Below, piece after piece: positions 8,701 through 17,888 of a DNA stretch of 64,000 nt (the stretch's first letter is position 1; every line of letters begins with the position of its first letter). Both the position numbers and the translations under genes were made by a program. This DNA is from an uncultured cyanobacterium (GTDB lineage: Bacteria; Cyanobacteriota; Cyanobacteriia; CAKZMO01). The stretch spans positions 96,001 to 160,000 of the forward strand of contig CAVRCJ010000013.1 of assembly GCA_963719515.1 (NCBI GenBank), in the 5' to 3' direction. The notes under the pieces are model-generated. The model worked only from the letters and a program-made list of their open reading frames with translations, did not search any database and was not told where the DNA came from.

Positions 8701-8828
8701 CTCACTGCATCTGCACTCACCCCTGCCCGCTCCGCGATCGCCGCAAAGCTCAAGTTGCTCACCGCCCGCGCCGCCCGTAGCCGCTTCACTCCTTCCAAGC
8801 TGGCAAGAAAACCGCGTTTACTAGGCAT
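5787..8828 (-). CDS. HTH-LRR-Roc-COR-TIR (Roco-family) protein, about 1014 aa when restored; three 1-bp deletions in the LRR start
   Basis: XRE-like HTH (ORF 8496-8828), 23-aa LRRs, Roc P-loop GFGNVGKTS and WDFGGQ, COR region, C-terminal TIR (FYSYSHKD...SPDFIASDYCYKVE). The 8828 and 8279 ORFs share a frame and are joined by restoring single bases at about 8511, 8469 and 8380. Confidence 0.85.
7984..8493. repeat. 69-bp near-identical tandem repeat array (7 full units plus a partial) encoding LRRs
   Basis: Units start at 7984, 8053, 8122, 8191, 8260, 8329, 8397 and 8466; consensus peptide LTTVPKELGQLANLTxLxLxQNQ. Confidence 0.95.
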
Positions 8829-8861
8829 AGGTCACTATATATCCGTCTTTCTCTAGAGTAG

Positions 8862-10391
8862 CTAAACGCCCCTGCTCTGCTGCTCATGCCAGCCCGCCGC
8901 CGCCTGCCGGATAGCGTCCAGATCTTCTGCGGGCAGACGGTCAAGGTTGGCTAAAATCAAATTCATCCGTCCCTGAGACTTGAGCTTGTCCCGATGGCGC
9001 GCCAAAAAATCCCAGTAGAAAAAGTTGAAGGGGCAGGCGTCTTCCCCAGTGCGCTGACGATGGTTGTACCGGCAGCCTTTACAGTAATCGCTCATGCGGT
9101 TGATGTAGTTAGCAGAAGCGGCGTAGGGCTTGGAGGCCAGCATCCCCCCATCGGCAAATAGCCCCATCCCAATGACGTTGGTCTGCATCACCCAGTCGTA
9201 GGCGTCAATGAAGGCAGCGTGGAACCAGCTCTCCACCTCCTGGGGCGACAGTCCCGCAATCAGGGCAAAATTGCTGAGCACCATCAGCCGCTGGATGTGG
9301 TGGGCATAGCCCGTTTGCTCCACCTGGTTGAGGGTTTGCTTAAGGCAGTTCATCTCGGCTTTGTCGCTATCCCAAAAGAATTGGGGCAGCGGCTGGTCAT
9401 GGCCAAACCAGTTGCGATCGCCGTAGTCGTCGTCGGTTTGGGTATAGACGCCGTGCATATACTCGCGCCAGCCCATCACCTGGCGAATCAATCCCTCGGC
9501 GCTGTTAATCGGCAGCCGGTCACCCGCTTCCCGGTCATAATAGGCCGCCTCCACCGCCTCCACCACTTCCATCGGCCTCAGCAGGCCCAAATTCAGGTAG
9601 GGAGACAGCAGCGCATGCCACAGGGTTTCTTCCCCGGTCACCATCGCGTCTTGGTAAGGGCCAAAGGCGTCGAGCCGCTGCGCCAGGAAGTCCTCCAGCG
9701 CCTGCAGGGCTTGCGATCGCGTCACCCCCCAGCGAAAGGGCTCAATTTTCCCATAGCCCGGCAGATCTTGGCTCTTCACCCAGGCAATAGTGTCTTGGGT
9801 GATCTCGTCCGGCTCAAACCACGGCGGCTCCGGTGGGTGGAGGTCGCCTTTGGGGGGCTTACGGTTGGCCTTGTCGTAGTTCCACTGACCGCCCTCAGGA
9901 TCGTCGCCCGCCATCATCACCTGAAAGCGCCGCCGCCCCTCCCGGTAAAAGCTTTCCATCAGCAAAGATTTGCGGCGGCTGGCCCACTGGGCGAAGTCTT
10001 CGTTAGACCACAGGAAGTGATTATTGGGCAGCATCACCACCGGACAGGGTAAGTCTAGCCCTTCAATGAGGCGCTGAAAAGGGCGATCGCTAGGCTGCAC
10101 CACCTGCAGCTCGTGAATATTCTGGTCCTGAATCCAGGCCGACAGGGGGGCAGCAAAGTCGGGCTCTATTGCGTAGGTAACGGGCCAGCCCAGCTGCCGC
10201 AGCGCTTCGGCAAAGTGCCGCATCGCCGACCACACCAGCACCAGCTTTTGTCGGTGGTAGGGCCGCTGGGCCACATACTGCATCGACTCAATGAAGATAA
10301 TAGGCGTCGTTTGCCGCGCTGCATCGCGCTGCAGCAGCGCCGGATGCTCAGGGTGGAGCTGGTCCCCCAGAATCCAAATTCCAGTGGTCAT
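8862..10391 (-). CDS. cryptochrome/photolyase family protein (PhrB-like FeS-cluster (6-4) photolyase type)
   Basis: WILGDQL, HRQKL, GGQWNYD, YAHHIQRLM, KPYAASANYINRMSDYC..C, ACPF motifs. Confidence 0.9.
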   Translation of the reverse strand: MTTGIWILGDQLHPEHPALLQRDAARQTTPIIFIESMQYVAQRPYHRQKLVLVWSAMRHFAEALRQLGWPVTYAIEPDFAAPLSAWIQDQNIHELQVVQPSDRPFQRLIEGLDLPCPVVMLPNNHFLWSNEDFAQWASRRKSLLMESFYREGRRRFQVMMAGDDPEGGQWNYDKANRKPPKGDLHPPEPPWFEPDEITQDTIAWVKSQDLPGYGKIEPFRWGVTRSQALQALEDFLAQRLDAFGPYQDAMVTGEETLWHALLSPYLNLGLLRPMEVVEAVEAAYYDREAGDRLPINSAEGLIRQVMGWREYMHGVYTQTDDDYGDRNWFGHDQPLPQFFWDSDKAEMNCLKQTLNQVEQTGYAHHIQRLMVLSNFALIAGLSPQEVESWFHAAFIDAYDWVMQTNVIGMGLFADGGMLASKPYAASANYINRMSDYCKGCRYNHRQRTGEDACPFNFFYWDFLARHRDKLKSQGRMNLILANLDRLPAEDLDAIRQAAAGWHEQQSRGV

Positions 10392-10477
10392 GGGCTAGGT
10401 CTTTGGGGTTAGTTGCTTTGAGGCTAGGTCTTTGGGGCCGGGCGCTGGGGCTGGGTATTTAGGCTAAACGTCTGTCG

Positions 10478-10834
10478 CTAAGCATCCTGAGGGCGCTTGA
10501 GCAGCAGCTGAATACCTAGGGCCAGCAGCCCCAAAGCCACCAGCGCAAAAATTCCGGTAGCCAAGGCCACCATGCCTATAACCAAAGTGCGCACCAGCAC
10601 AGCGATATTGGCCGCCATAGCGCTGTTCGACTTGATGGGGCTGTCGGCCAGGGTTTGGGCGATAGAGAGGGTCATTCGGTAGAGGGCGTAGGCCATCGGC
10701 CCGGCGATCAAAAATCCGCTAAAGCAGCGCCAGGGAGAGAGTGAGGCATCGCCGCTTGAAGGCGCTTTCTCGCTCAGCGCTTTATCCGCAGTCGTCTTAT
10801 CTGGAGAGGCAGGCTCGGGGGAAGACATGGGCAA
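10478..10834 (-). CDS. DUF3082-like membrane protein
   Basis: Two hydrophobic helices, 'NIAVLVRTLVIG', downstream of ispE. Confidence 0.7.
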   Translation of the reverse strand: MPMSSPEPASPDKTTADKALSEKAPSSGDASLSPWRCFSGFLIAGPMAYALYRMTLSIAQTLADSPIKSNSAMAANIAVLVRTLVIGMVALATGIFALVALGLLALGIQLLLKRPQDA

Positions 10835-10862
10835 TCTTGGGTAGCTTACCCCCTAGTCTAGA

Positions 10863-11819
10863 TCAATCCGCTGAAGCCAACTGCGCCCCCGCAGGAGAAC
10901 AGCGCGTTACCCACAGATCTAAGGTCGGGTCGTCAATCGAATTTCGCAGGGCTTGGGCAATGCTCTGCGCATCAGAGGCCGACTGAGCCAGAGCGAATAC
11001 CGTCGGCCCAGAACCAGACATGAGCACCCCCAGCGGGTTTAGAGCCGCCAAAGCCGTTTTGAGCTGCACCACCTCGGGATGAGCGGCCAGCACCACCTTC
11101 TCTAAATCGTTGTGGAGGCTTTGCCCAAGCGCCGCTGCATCCTGCTGCATCAGCGCCGCAATCAGCGGTGCAGCATGGAGCTGGCTGTGACGACTGCTGA
11201 TGCTCTTGTCGCCGAAGACATAGGTCGAAGAGAACTGATGGCGATAGGCTTGGTAGGCCCAGGCGGTGGATACCGACAGCTGACGGTATTTGGCCAGCAC
11301 CAGATAGAGGGGGCCAAAGCTGGGCAGGGGCGAAAGCTGCTCCCCCCGTCCCGTTGCCAAAGCGGTTCCCCCAGAGATGCAGAAGGGGACATCTGACCCC
11401 AGCTGAGCCCCTAAGGTCTGCAGCTCCAGCTGGGTGAGCCCCATCTGCCACAGTAAATCTAGGCCAACGAGCACCGCTGCGGCATTGGTCGAGCCTCCGG
11501 CCAGCCCCGCCCCTACGGGAATCTGCTTATCGATGGTGATCTCTACGCCACCGAACTGCTCAAACGTCTTGGGAAAACTCTGGCGCATCAGGTCCGCCGC
11601 GCGGTAGGCCAGGTTGGTCCTGTCGGTAGGCACTTGGGGATGGTCGCAATGCACCTCAATGCCTGAGTCGGCCTGGGGGGCTAAGGCTAGAGTGACGCGG
11701 TCCGACAGCTCGATGCTCTGCATCACCATGGCTAGCTCATGAAAACCGTCAGGGCGATCGCCAATAATTTCGATGTAGAAGTTAACTTTGGCAGGAGCGT
11801 TGAGAATACAGGTGTCCAT
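10863..11819 (-). CDS. ispE: 4-diphosphocytidyl-2-C-methyl-D-erythritol kinase
   Basis: APAKVN, IPVGAGLAGGS, LGSDVPF, MSGSGPT. Confidence 0.95.
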   Translation of the reverse strand: MDTCILNAPAKVNFYIEIIGDRPDGFHELAMVMQSIELSDRVTLALAPQADSGIEVHCDHPQVPTDRTNLAYRAADLMRQSFPKTFEQFGGVEITIDKQIPVGAGLAGGSTNAAAVLVGLDLLWQMGLTQLELQTLGAQLGSDVPFCISGGTALATGRGEQLSPLPSFGPLYLVLAKYRQLSVSTAWAYQAYRHQFSSTYVFGDKSISSRHSQLHAAPLIAALMQQDAAALGQSLHNDLEKVVLAAHPEVVQLKTALAALNPLGVLMSGSGPTVFALAQSASDAQSIAQALRNSIDDPTLDLWVTRCSPAGAQLASAD

Positions 11820-11873
11820 GGGGCGATCGCAGAATAGCTAGACATTAATTCTCTCACTTCTTCCCTCACTTCC

Positions 11874-12779
11874 TCAGCCAATTTTGTCCCCAAATAAAGT
11901 CCCTTTAGGCGCTTCAGTCTCGCGGGTCATATTATTGGCCATATCATTAGCCGGGTCATTGGCTGCGTCATTAATCGCGTCATCGGCCAAGACATTGCTG
12001 AGGCAGACCCACTGGTCCACGCTCAGCGCCTCAGCGCGAACCTGGGGCGGAGCCGCCACGCGCTCTAGGGCAGCCAGCAGGCGATCGCGCCCTACGGCAG
12101 CCAGGTTATTGCGCAGCATTTTACGCTTGGCGGCAAATCCCTGCTTCAAAAGCGCGTCCAGCCGCTGGAGATCTGTGGCGGGGGGAGAGAAGGGGCGGGG
12201 CTGCAGCCGGATGACGGCGGACTCCACCTTAGGGGGCGGAGAAAAGGCCTTGGCGGGGACGGGGCACACCAGGTCGCACTGGGCCAGGTACTGCAGCCGC
12301 ACCGACATCGCCCCGAAAGTTCTAGACCCCGGCGCGGCACAGATGCGGTCTGCTACCTCCTTTTGCACCAGCAGCACTAGGGCCTCGTACTGCGGCGTCG
12401 CGGGCTTGCTGAGGGTCCCCAACAGCCGCTCCAAAATCGGGCTGGTGATGTAGTAGGGAATATTGGCGACGACTTTGTTGAGCGGTCCAAAGGGGGCGGC
12501 GATCGCCTCATCGCTGAGGGTAAGAATGTCGTGCTCGATGAGCGCAAAGCGCGACTCCCCCTGAAACTGCTTGCGCAGCGAACGGCACAGGTCGCGGTCT
12601 ACCTCCACGGCAACCACCCCGCTAGACCGCTGCACCAGAGACTGGGTCAGCCTGCCCGTACCGGGACCAATCTCCAAAACGGAGTCGCCCTCACCCAGCT
12701 CAGCCGCCGCCACAATGCGCCGCAAAATGCGATCGCTGTTTAGCCAATGTTGCCCAAAGCGCTTGCGGGGACGATTCAC
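11874..12779 (-). CDS. rsmA: 16S rRNA m6,2A dimethyltransferase
   Basis: RKRFGQHWL, EIGPGTG, ANIPYYIT, PPPKVES. Confidence 0.95.
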   Translation of the reverse strand: MNRPRKRFGQHWLNSDRILRRIVAAAELGEGDSVLEIGPGTGRLTQSLVQRSSGVVAVEVDRDLCRSLRKQFQGESRFALIEHDILTLSDEAIAAPFGPLNKVVANIPYYITSPILERLLGTLSKPATPQYEALVLLVQKEVADRICAAPGSRTFGAMSVRLQYLAQCDLVCPVPAKAFSPPPKVESAVIRLQPRPFSPPATDLQRLDALLKQGFAAKRKMLRNNLAAVGRDRLLAALERVAAPPQVRAEALSVDQWVCLSNVLADDAINDAANDPANDMANNMTRETEAPKGTLFGDKIG

Positions 12780-12782
12780 GGC

Positions 12783-13415
12783 CTAGCCCGGCAGCTCCAC
12801 AGACTGGCCGTTGTAGCGGTTCATGGCGGCCTCCACCCCCCGATCGATCGCCAGCTCTGCTGCTTTAACGGTGAGGTAGAGCACCTCATCCAAGACCTTG
12901 GCTTCCTCAGGGGAAAACTTTCCCAGCACGTGAGAGACGACCCGCTCATCGGTGCCCGCCTGCTTGGGAGCCCCAATCCCGATGCGCAGACGCGGAAAAT
13001 CCTGGGTTCCCAAATGGACAATCAGAGACTTGATGCCGTTGTGGCCCCCGGCGGAGCCAGAGAGCCGCAGCCGCAGCCGTCCCAGGGGCAGGTCCATGTC
13101 GTCGTAGACCACAAACACCGTGCCGGGGGAAAGCTTGAACCAGTCGAGGACGGCGCGAGCCGACTGGCCCGAGCGGTTCATGTAGGTGTTGGGTTTCAAG
13201 AGCCTGACTTTTTTCCCCGGTGCCGCAAACCCTTCCCCAAATTCACCCTGAAACTTGCGGTGTTCGGATAGGGGAATTTGCCATCGCTTCGACAGCTGGT
13301 CTACAACGTCGAAACCCACGTTGTGCCGAGTGCTGGCATACTTTGAACCCGGATTGCCTAGTCCTACAATAAGCTGAGGCGGCTCGTTATCAGACATATC
13401 TCCATCACCAGGCAT
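12783..13415 (-). CDS. pth: peptidyl-tRNA hydrolase
   Basis: GLGNPG..Y..TRHNVGF, TYMNRSG, GGHNG. The start may be the second Met (MSDNEP). Confidence 0.95.
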   Translation of the reverse strand: MPGDGDMSDNEPPQLIVGLGNPGSKYASTRHNVGFDVVDQLSKRWQIPLSEHRKFQGEFGEGFAAPGKKVRLLKPNTYMNRSGQSARAVLDWFKLSPGTVFVVYDDMDLPLGRLRLRLSGSAGGHNGIKSLIVHLGTQDFPRLRIGIGAPKQAGTDERVVSHVLGKFSPEEAKVLDEVLYLTVKAAELAIDRGVEAAMNRYNGQSVELPG

Positions 13416-13446
13416 AGCGTCTTCTCAAGGCCAACAGGGGCACCCT

Positions 13447-13881
13447 TTAAGCGTGGTGCGCAGCCTGTTCGTCGGACGCCACTTCGGACGCCATTGCCGC
13501 TGCGGAATCCTCTGGAACCTCAGCGTCTGCCACAGCATCCTCAGCATTCACAGTCTTCTCAGCATTCACAGTCTTCTCAGCATCCACAGTCTCCTCAGTC
13601 TCTGCGAGGTCTGCAGCTTGCTCATTGTTGACCTCCCCTGACGCGATCGCTCTGGGCTCGGGGGGCTCTAGGGTCGCCTTGATAGGCTCTTTGACAACCT
13701 TCTCAAGGTTGTCGGCTTCCCGCTTAAACTCACTCTCAAACTCTTTAGACGCATCTTGAAAGCTGCGGATGGCTTTTCCCAAGCTGCGGCCAACCTCGGG
13801 CAGCTTTTTAGGGCCAAACACCAAGAGCGCCACGATAAAAATCAGCGCCATTTCGGGGAGGCCAATTCCAAAGACATTCAT
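13447..13881 (-). CDS. tatA: twin-arginine translocase TatA/B subunit
   Basis: MNVFGIGLPEM...FGPKKLPEVGRSLGK; ATG at 13881; acidic tail containing 18-bp repeats. Confidence 0.9.
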   Translation of the reverse strand: MNVFGIGLPEMALIFIVALLVFGPKKLPEVGRSLGKAIRSFQDASKEFESEFKREADNLEKVVKEPIKATLEPPEPRAIASGEVNNEQAADLAETEETVDAEKTVNAEKTVNAEDAVADAEVPEDSAAAMASEVASDEQAAHHA

Positions 13882-14040
13882 TGCATTTCTCCTAACAGCG
13901 TAGCGGGACAGCAGCGGGGCCGCTAGATTTAACTCGTCGAGCACCCTATCCAGTATACGGAATCGAGTATACGGAAAGGCCCCCGACTACTTCGGAGGCC
14001 AATGCTTCGGAGGCTGCTGGTACTTTTGGGCCGATTCGGC

Positions 14041-14244
14041 TTAGTCGGCGAGGCTCGACCAGTCAACGTTCAGCCCTTCTAGAATCAGGGATGAGTTGTA
14101 AATTTGCAGGATGATCAGCAAAAAGACAAAGAACAGCAGGATGAATACCGCCATTAGCGGAGTAGTGCCCCAACCGGGAGCAACTTTACCGTATTCAGAA
14201 TTTAAAGGTTTTAGAATATTTCCGAGTCGCGTCTGCTGTGCCAT
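14041..14244 (-). CDS. psbH: photosystem II protein PsbH
   Basis: [19 protein letters not shown] signature. Confidence 0.97.
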   Translation of the reverse strand: MAQQTRLGNILKPLNSEYGKVAPGWGTTPLMAVFILLFFVFLLIILQIYNSSLILEGLNVDWSSLAD

Positions 14245-14274
14245 GAGTGACCTACTGATTGATACCTTAATCTT

Positions 14275-14320
14275 TGTAACGATCCGTAATAATATAAAAG
14301 CATATCACCCATTCGTTACA
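14275..14320. promoter_or_regulatory. inverted repeat TGTAACGA-N30-TCGTTACA in the psbH/psbN divergent promoter
   Basis: Perfect 8-bp arms flanking an AT-rich core; GTTACA half-sites resemble RpaB/HLR1-type boxes (inference). Confidence 0.35.
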
Positions 14321-14334
14321 TAGGTTGACAAGAC

Positions 14335-14466
14335 ATGGAACCCGCAACAGTTTTTAGCATTTCAATCGCGGCTGTGCTAGTCGCCGTCACTGGATACGCC
14401 ATCTACACGTCGTTTGGACCGCCCTCTGCAGAGCTGAGTGACCCGTTTGAAGACCACGAAGACTAA
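14335..14466 (+). CDS. psbN: photosystem II assembly protein PsbN (43 aa, not in the ORF track)
   Basis: [43 protein letters not shown]; divergent from psbH. Confidence 0.97.
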   Translation: MEPATVFSISIAAVLVAVTGYAIYTSFGPPSAELSDPFEDHED

Positions 14467-14474
14467 CGGCCCAA

Positions 14475-14548
14475 TAGTGCCGCTGCCCCGTAGTGCCGCT
14501 GCCCCGTAGTGCCGCTACCCCATAGCGCCACCGCCCCATAGCGCCACT
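14475..14548. repeat. 16-bp tandem repeat (TAGYGCCRCYRCCCCR), about 4.5 copies
   Basis: Units at 14475, 14491, 14507, 14523 and 14539; no spacers. Confidence 0.85.
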
Positions 14549-14681
14549 GGACTACTCCAGCAGCGTCTGATTCAACTAAAACCAGTTTGAGGTAGACGGG
14601 ATGGCCAATGGCTGTCCCGTCTATAGTATTTTGGTTTGACCAGGAGCAAGATATTCGCAATTCACCCAGGGTACAGACGGG

Positions 14682-15203
14682 ATGACAACAGTTGACGTTG
14701 GAATTATCATGGGTAGCGACTCCGACTTGCCCACCATGCGCTCCGCGATCGCTGTCTGCGAGGACTTTGCCGTGGCCCACGAGGTGGCGATTGTCTCCGC
14801 CCACCGGACCCCGGAGCGCATGGTGGATTACGCCAGGGCGGCCCACGAGCGCGGGCTGAAGGTCATCATTGCCGGGGCGGGCGGGGCGGCGCACCTGCCG
14901 GGTATGGTGGCGGCGCTCACCCCCCTGCCGGTGATTGGCGTCCCGGTGGCTAGCCGGGCCTTAAGCGGCTTAGATTCTCTCTACTCCATTGTGCAAATGC
15001 CGCGCGGCATTCCGGTGGCCACCGTCGCTATCGGCAATGCACAGAATGCGGGGCTGCTCGCGGTCCAGATTTTGGCGAGCCATCGCCCGGCGCTGCTAGA
15101 GCAGGTGCAGCAGTATCGAACCCGCCTTAAAGAGATGGTGCTAGAGAAACAAAAGCGATTAGACTCAATGGGGTACGAGGCTTACTTAACGGAAATGGAG
15201 TAG
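14682..15203 (+). CDS. purE: N5-carboxyaminoimidazole ribonucleotide mutase
   Basis: [33 protein letters not shown]. Confidence 0.97.
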   Translation: MTTVDVGIIMGSDSDLPTMRSAIAVCEDFAVAHEVAIVSAHRTPERMVDYARAAHERGLKVIIAGAGGAAHLPGMVAALTPLPVIGVPVASRALSGLDSLYSIVQMPRGIPVATVAIGNAQNAGLLAVQILASHRPALLEQVQQYRTRLKEMVLEKQKRLDSMGYEAYLTEME

Positions 15204-15212
15204 AGAACGCCG

Positions 15213-16850
15213 ATGATAGATGCGATCGCTTTATTAGCTAGCGCGGCTGAGGCGACTACTCAAGCGGCTACTGAGGTTACCGCTAACGGCGGTGCCCTTG
15301 AGATGGCAATTGAAGACCGGCTGGCGCAGTTTTTGCTGGTCCTTTGCGTCTCGCTCAGCGTGGCCGCCCTCTCCCGCACCTTCGCCCTAGTCCGGCAGAT
15401 TCCCTACACCCTGCTGCTGGTCATCGTGGGGCTGGCGCTGGCGGTTCTCGACATTCGGCTGGTGACCCTCTCCCCAGAGCTAATTCTGCTCATCTTTCTG
15501 CCGCCGCTGCTGTTCGAGGCGGGATGGAACCTGGAGTGGAACAACCTCAAGGAAGACCTGATTCCTATCTGTTTATTTGCCATCTTGGGCGTTGTTATCT
15601 CCGTTACGGGCATTGGCTGGGGGCTGCACAGCCTAGCGGGGCTTTCCCTCGGAACTGCTTTACTCATCGGCGCGAGTTTGTCAGCCACTGACCCTGTCTC
15701 GGTCATTGCCCTCTTTCGGGAGCTGGGGGTCGGCAAGCGGCTGACGGTGCTGATGGAGGGGGAAAGTCTGTTTAACGATGGGGTGGCCGTTGTGGCGTTT
15801 TTGCTGCTGCTGGCCTCCGCCATGGGCACCGAGACCCTGACCGTGCCGCTGGCTTTTGTCCGCTTTTTTGGCTTTGTGGGCATTGGCGTTGGCGTCGGCA
15901 GCCTGATTGGCTTTGGCATTTCGTACCTGACGCAGCGCTTCGACCTGCCGTTCGTAGAGCAGTCGCTGACCCTGATTTCGGCCTACGGAACTTACGTCGT
16001 GGCGGAGGAGCTGGGGGGATCTGGGGTAATCTCGGTGGTGACGGTGGGGCTGATTCTGGGCAACTTTGGCTCCCGCATCGGCATGAACCCTCGCACCCGC
16101 CTAATCGTGTCGGAGTTTTGGGAGTTTGTCGCCTTTTTGGTGAACTCCATCGTCTTTTTGCTGATCGGCGATCAGATTCGCTTTGACAGTCTGGGAGAGA
16201 ACTTCGAGCTGATCTTAATTGCGATCGCCTTTGTCATCTTCACCCGCGCTATTGGCATCTATGGGCTGAGCTTTATCAGCAATGCCGTCGTGAAAAGCGA
16301 CCTCGCAATCAAAGACCAGACCGTACTGTGGTGGGGCGGCCTGCGGGGTTCGGTGTCGGTAGCTTTGGCGCTCAGCGTTCCGGATACCTTTCCGGGTAAA
16401 GAGGTCGTGATTGCCACGGTGTTCGGGGTTATGCTGTTTACCCTGCTGGTGCAGGGAATGACGGTGCAGCCGCTGCTGGCGCGCCTAAATTTGCTGGGGG
16501 ATGCCCCTGAGCGGCAGCGCTACCTGGAGGCGATCGCCCGCCGGGTGGCCTTGGACCGGGTGCTCGACTATCTTAAGAAGCTGCTGGACCGCAAGGAAAT
16601 TGAAGAGGAATACTACGACTACCAGCGGGCGCTAGTGGCGGGGCAGTTGAGCAGCATTCGAGACGAAATCAGTACGCTGCAGCGCCTGAATCCCGATTTC
16701 CTCGAGCTGCAAAACGAACAGCTTCAAGAAGAGATGCTAGCGATAGAATCGGACACCTACGCCGAGTTTATTCGGGCGGGGCGGCTCAAAGATTCTCTAT
16801 CTCCCCTGCTAGAGGATGTGCTGACCGCAGGCAGCGAGCGGCGAGCGTAG
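15213..16850 (+). CDS. Na+/H+ antiporter, CPA1 (NhaP-type)
   Basis: FLPPLLF, ATDPVSV, EGESLFNDG, GGLRG motifs; multiple TM helices and a hydrophilic C-tail. Confidence 0.9.
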   Translation: MIDAIALLASAAEATTQAATEVTANGGALEMAIEDRLAQFLLVLCVSLSVAALSRTFALVRQIPYTLLLVIVGLALAVLDIRLVTLSPELILLIFLPPLLFEAGWNLEWNNLKEDLIPICLFAILGVVISVTGIGWGLHSLAGLSLGTALLIGASLSATDPVSVIALFRELGVGKRLTVLMEGESLFNDGVAVVAFLLLLASAMGTETLTVPLAFVRFFGFVGIGVGVGSLIGFGISYLTQRFDLPFVEQSLTLISAYGTYVVAEELGGSGVISVVTVGLILGNFGSRIGMNPRTRLIVSEFWEFVAFLVNSIVFLLIGDQIRFDSLGENFELILIAIAFVIFTRAIGIYGLSFISNAVVKSDLAIKDQTVLWWGGLRGSVSVALALSVPDTFPGKEVVIATVFGVMLFTLLVQGMTVQPLLARLNLLGDAPERQRYLEAIARRVALDRVLDYLKKLLDRKEIEEEYYDYQRALVAGQLSSIRDEISTLQRLNPDFLELQNEQLQEEMLAIESDTYAEFIRAGRLKDSLSPLLEDVLTAGSERRA

Positions 16851-16877
16851 GGGCAGATATAGGGGCGATAGCTTAGG

Positions 16878-17714
16878 CTAAGCCGCGTCGCTATTGGATG
16901 ACAGCGATGCAGGCTCCTGCATCACCTGGGAAACCAGCCAATAGAGCAGCCCAAAGAGTAAAACGGACCCGGTACCAAACAGCAGCGACCCGTCCCCTTC
17001 GTGCCAATACACAAAGGCTTCTGTGTTGGCCTTCATAGCCAAAATGGCCAGCAGAGAGACCCTAGCGGCGTTGATGACAAACCCCAAGACCGCCGCTACA
17101 ACGACGGAAAGGGCTTGAAAGACGCGGCCTTTCACCGGGAAGAGCATCAGACAGACCACCGCAATTCCCAACATGTAGCAAATGCTCTCAGCGCCAGAGC
17201 AGCCTTCCCAAACTTCGATGGCGCGCTCCTCCAGGGTGATGTAGACCCCATCGACCTGGGGTTCTAGCCCCACATACCACAGCAAGAGCCCTGAAAATTG
17301 GGCCGTAATCGGCGAAATATCTTGAATAAGGGAAAAGATAACGCGGGGGACGCCCAGGAAAAACAGCAGCGTCAGCTCTTGCCAATACAGTCTGAAGCCT
17401 CTAAATCCGGCGGCCAAGAGCACGACCCCAATCCCAAACACCAGCGGCATCAGGCGAATAAAGATCTCGCTATCTGACAGATTGAGGCTTAGCGTCAGCG
17501 TTGCGGCAATGACCGCAATGCCTAGCCCAGCGGCGATCGCCTGAGTTTCCGTGGATTGGGGCTGCTTGTCCCAAAGCAGGGAAGCCGCAGCTAAGAAAAA
17601 GATAACGCTCATGCCCCAGTGGGCCGTATCGCCCAGCTGCCAGAGATAGGTCAGGTAGATAGCGGTCAGTCCAGCGGCAGTCGCCAATGGAATAGACCGA
17701 GGTAGTTTTAGCAT
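16878..17714 (-). CDS. cyanoexosortase (exosortase family)
   Basis: Multi-TM protein with Cys (EGCSG), Arg (NAARV) and His (YWHEG) triad; start placed at ATG 17714 (ORF extends to 17771). Confidence 0.85.
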   Translation of the reverse strand: MLKLPRSIPLATAAGLTAIYLTYLWQLGDTAHWGMSVIFFLAAASLLWDKQPQSTETQAIAAGLGIAVIAATLTLSLNLSDSEIFIRLMPLVFGIGVVLLAAGFRGFRLYWQELTLLFFLGVPRVIFSLIQDISPITAQFSGLLLWYVGLEPQVDGVYITLEERAIEVWEGCSGAESICYMLGIAVVCLMLFPVKGRVFQALSVVVAAVLGFVINAARVSLLAILAMKANTEAFVYWHEGDGSLLFGTGSVLLFGLLYWLVSQVMQEPASLSSNSDAA

Positions 17715-17888
17715 GGTCCAGGCCCCTGTAGCGTTAACCCTCAATAGGCTGTATGGCGAGACTATTTTCATTGATGCTATCGCTCGGCGCTAGATAAGTT
17801 ACCGGCGGCGACAGCATATTTTCAAAACCTTCATAAACCAGACAGTCCCGCTGAGGTTTTGGCCCATCGCGCCGGACAACGAGCAGCC

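Noticed and set aside
14475..14548. Mini-CRISPR array
   Set aside because: 16-bp units are directly adjacent with no spacers.
17241..17250. 10-nt match to the predicted TnpB guide (an 11-nt match also lies near 55775-55785)
   Set aside because: No TTTAG upstream; short matches are expected by chance.
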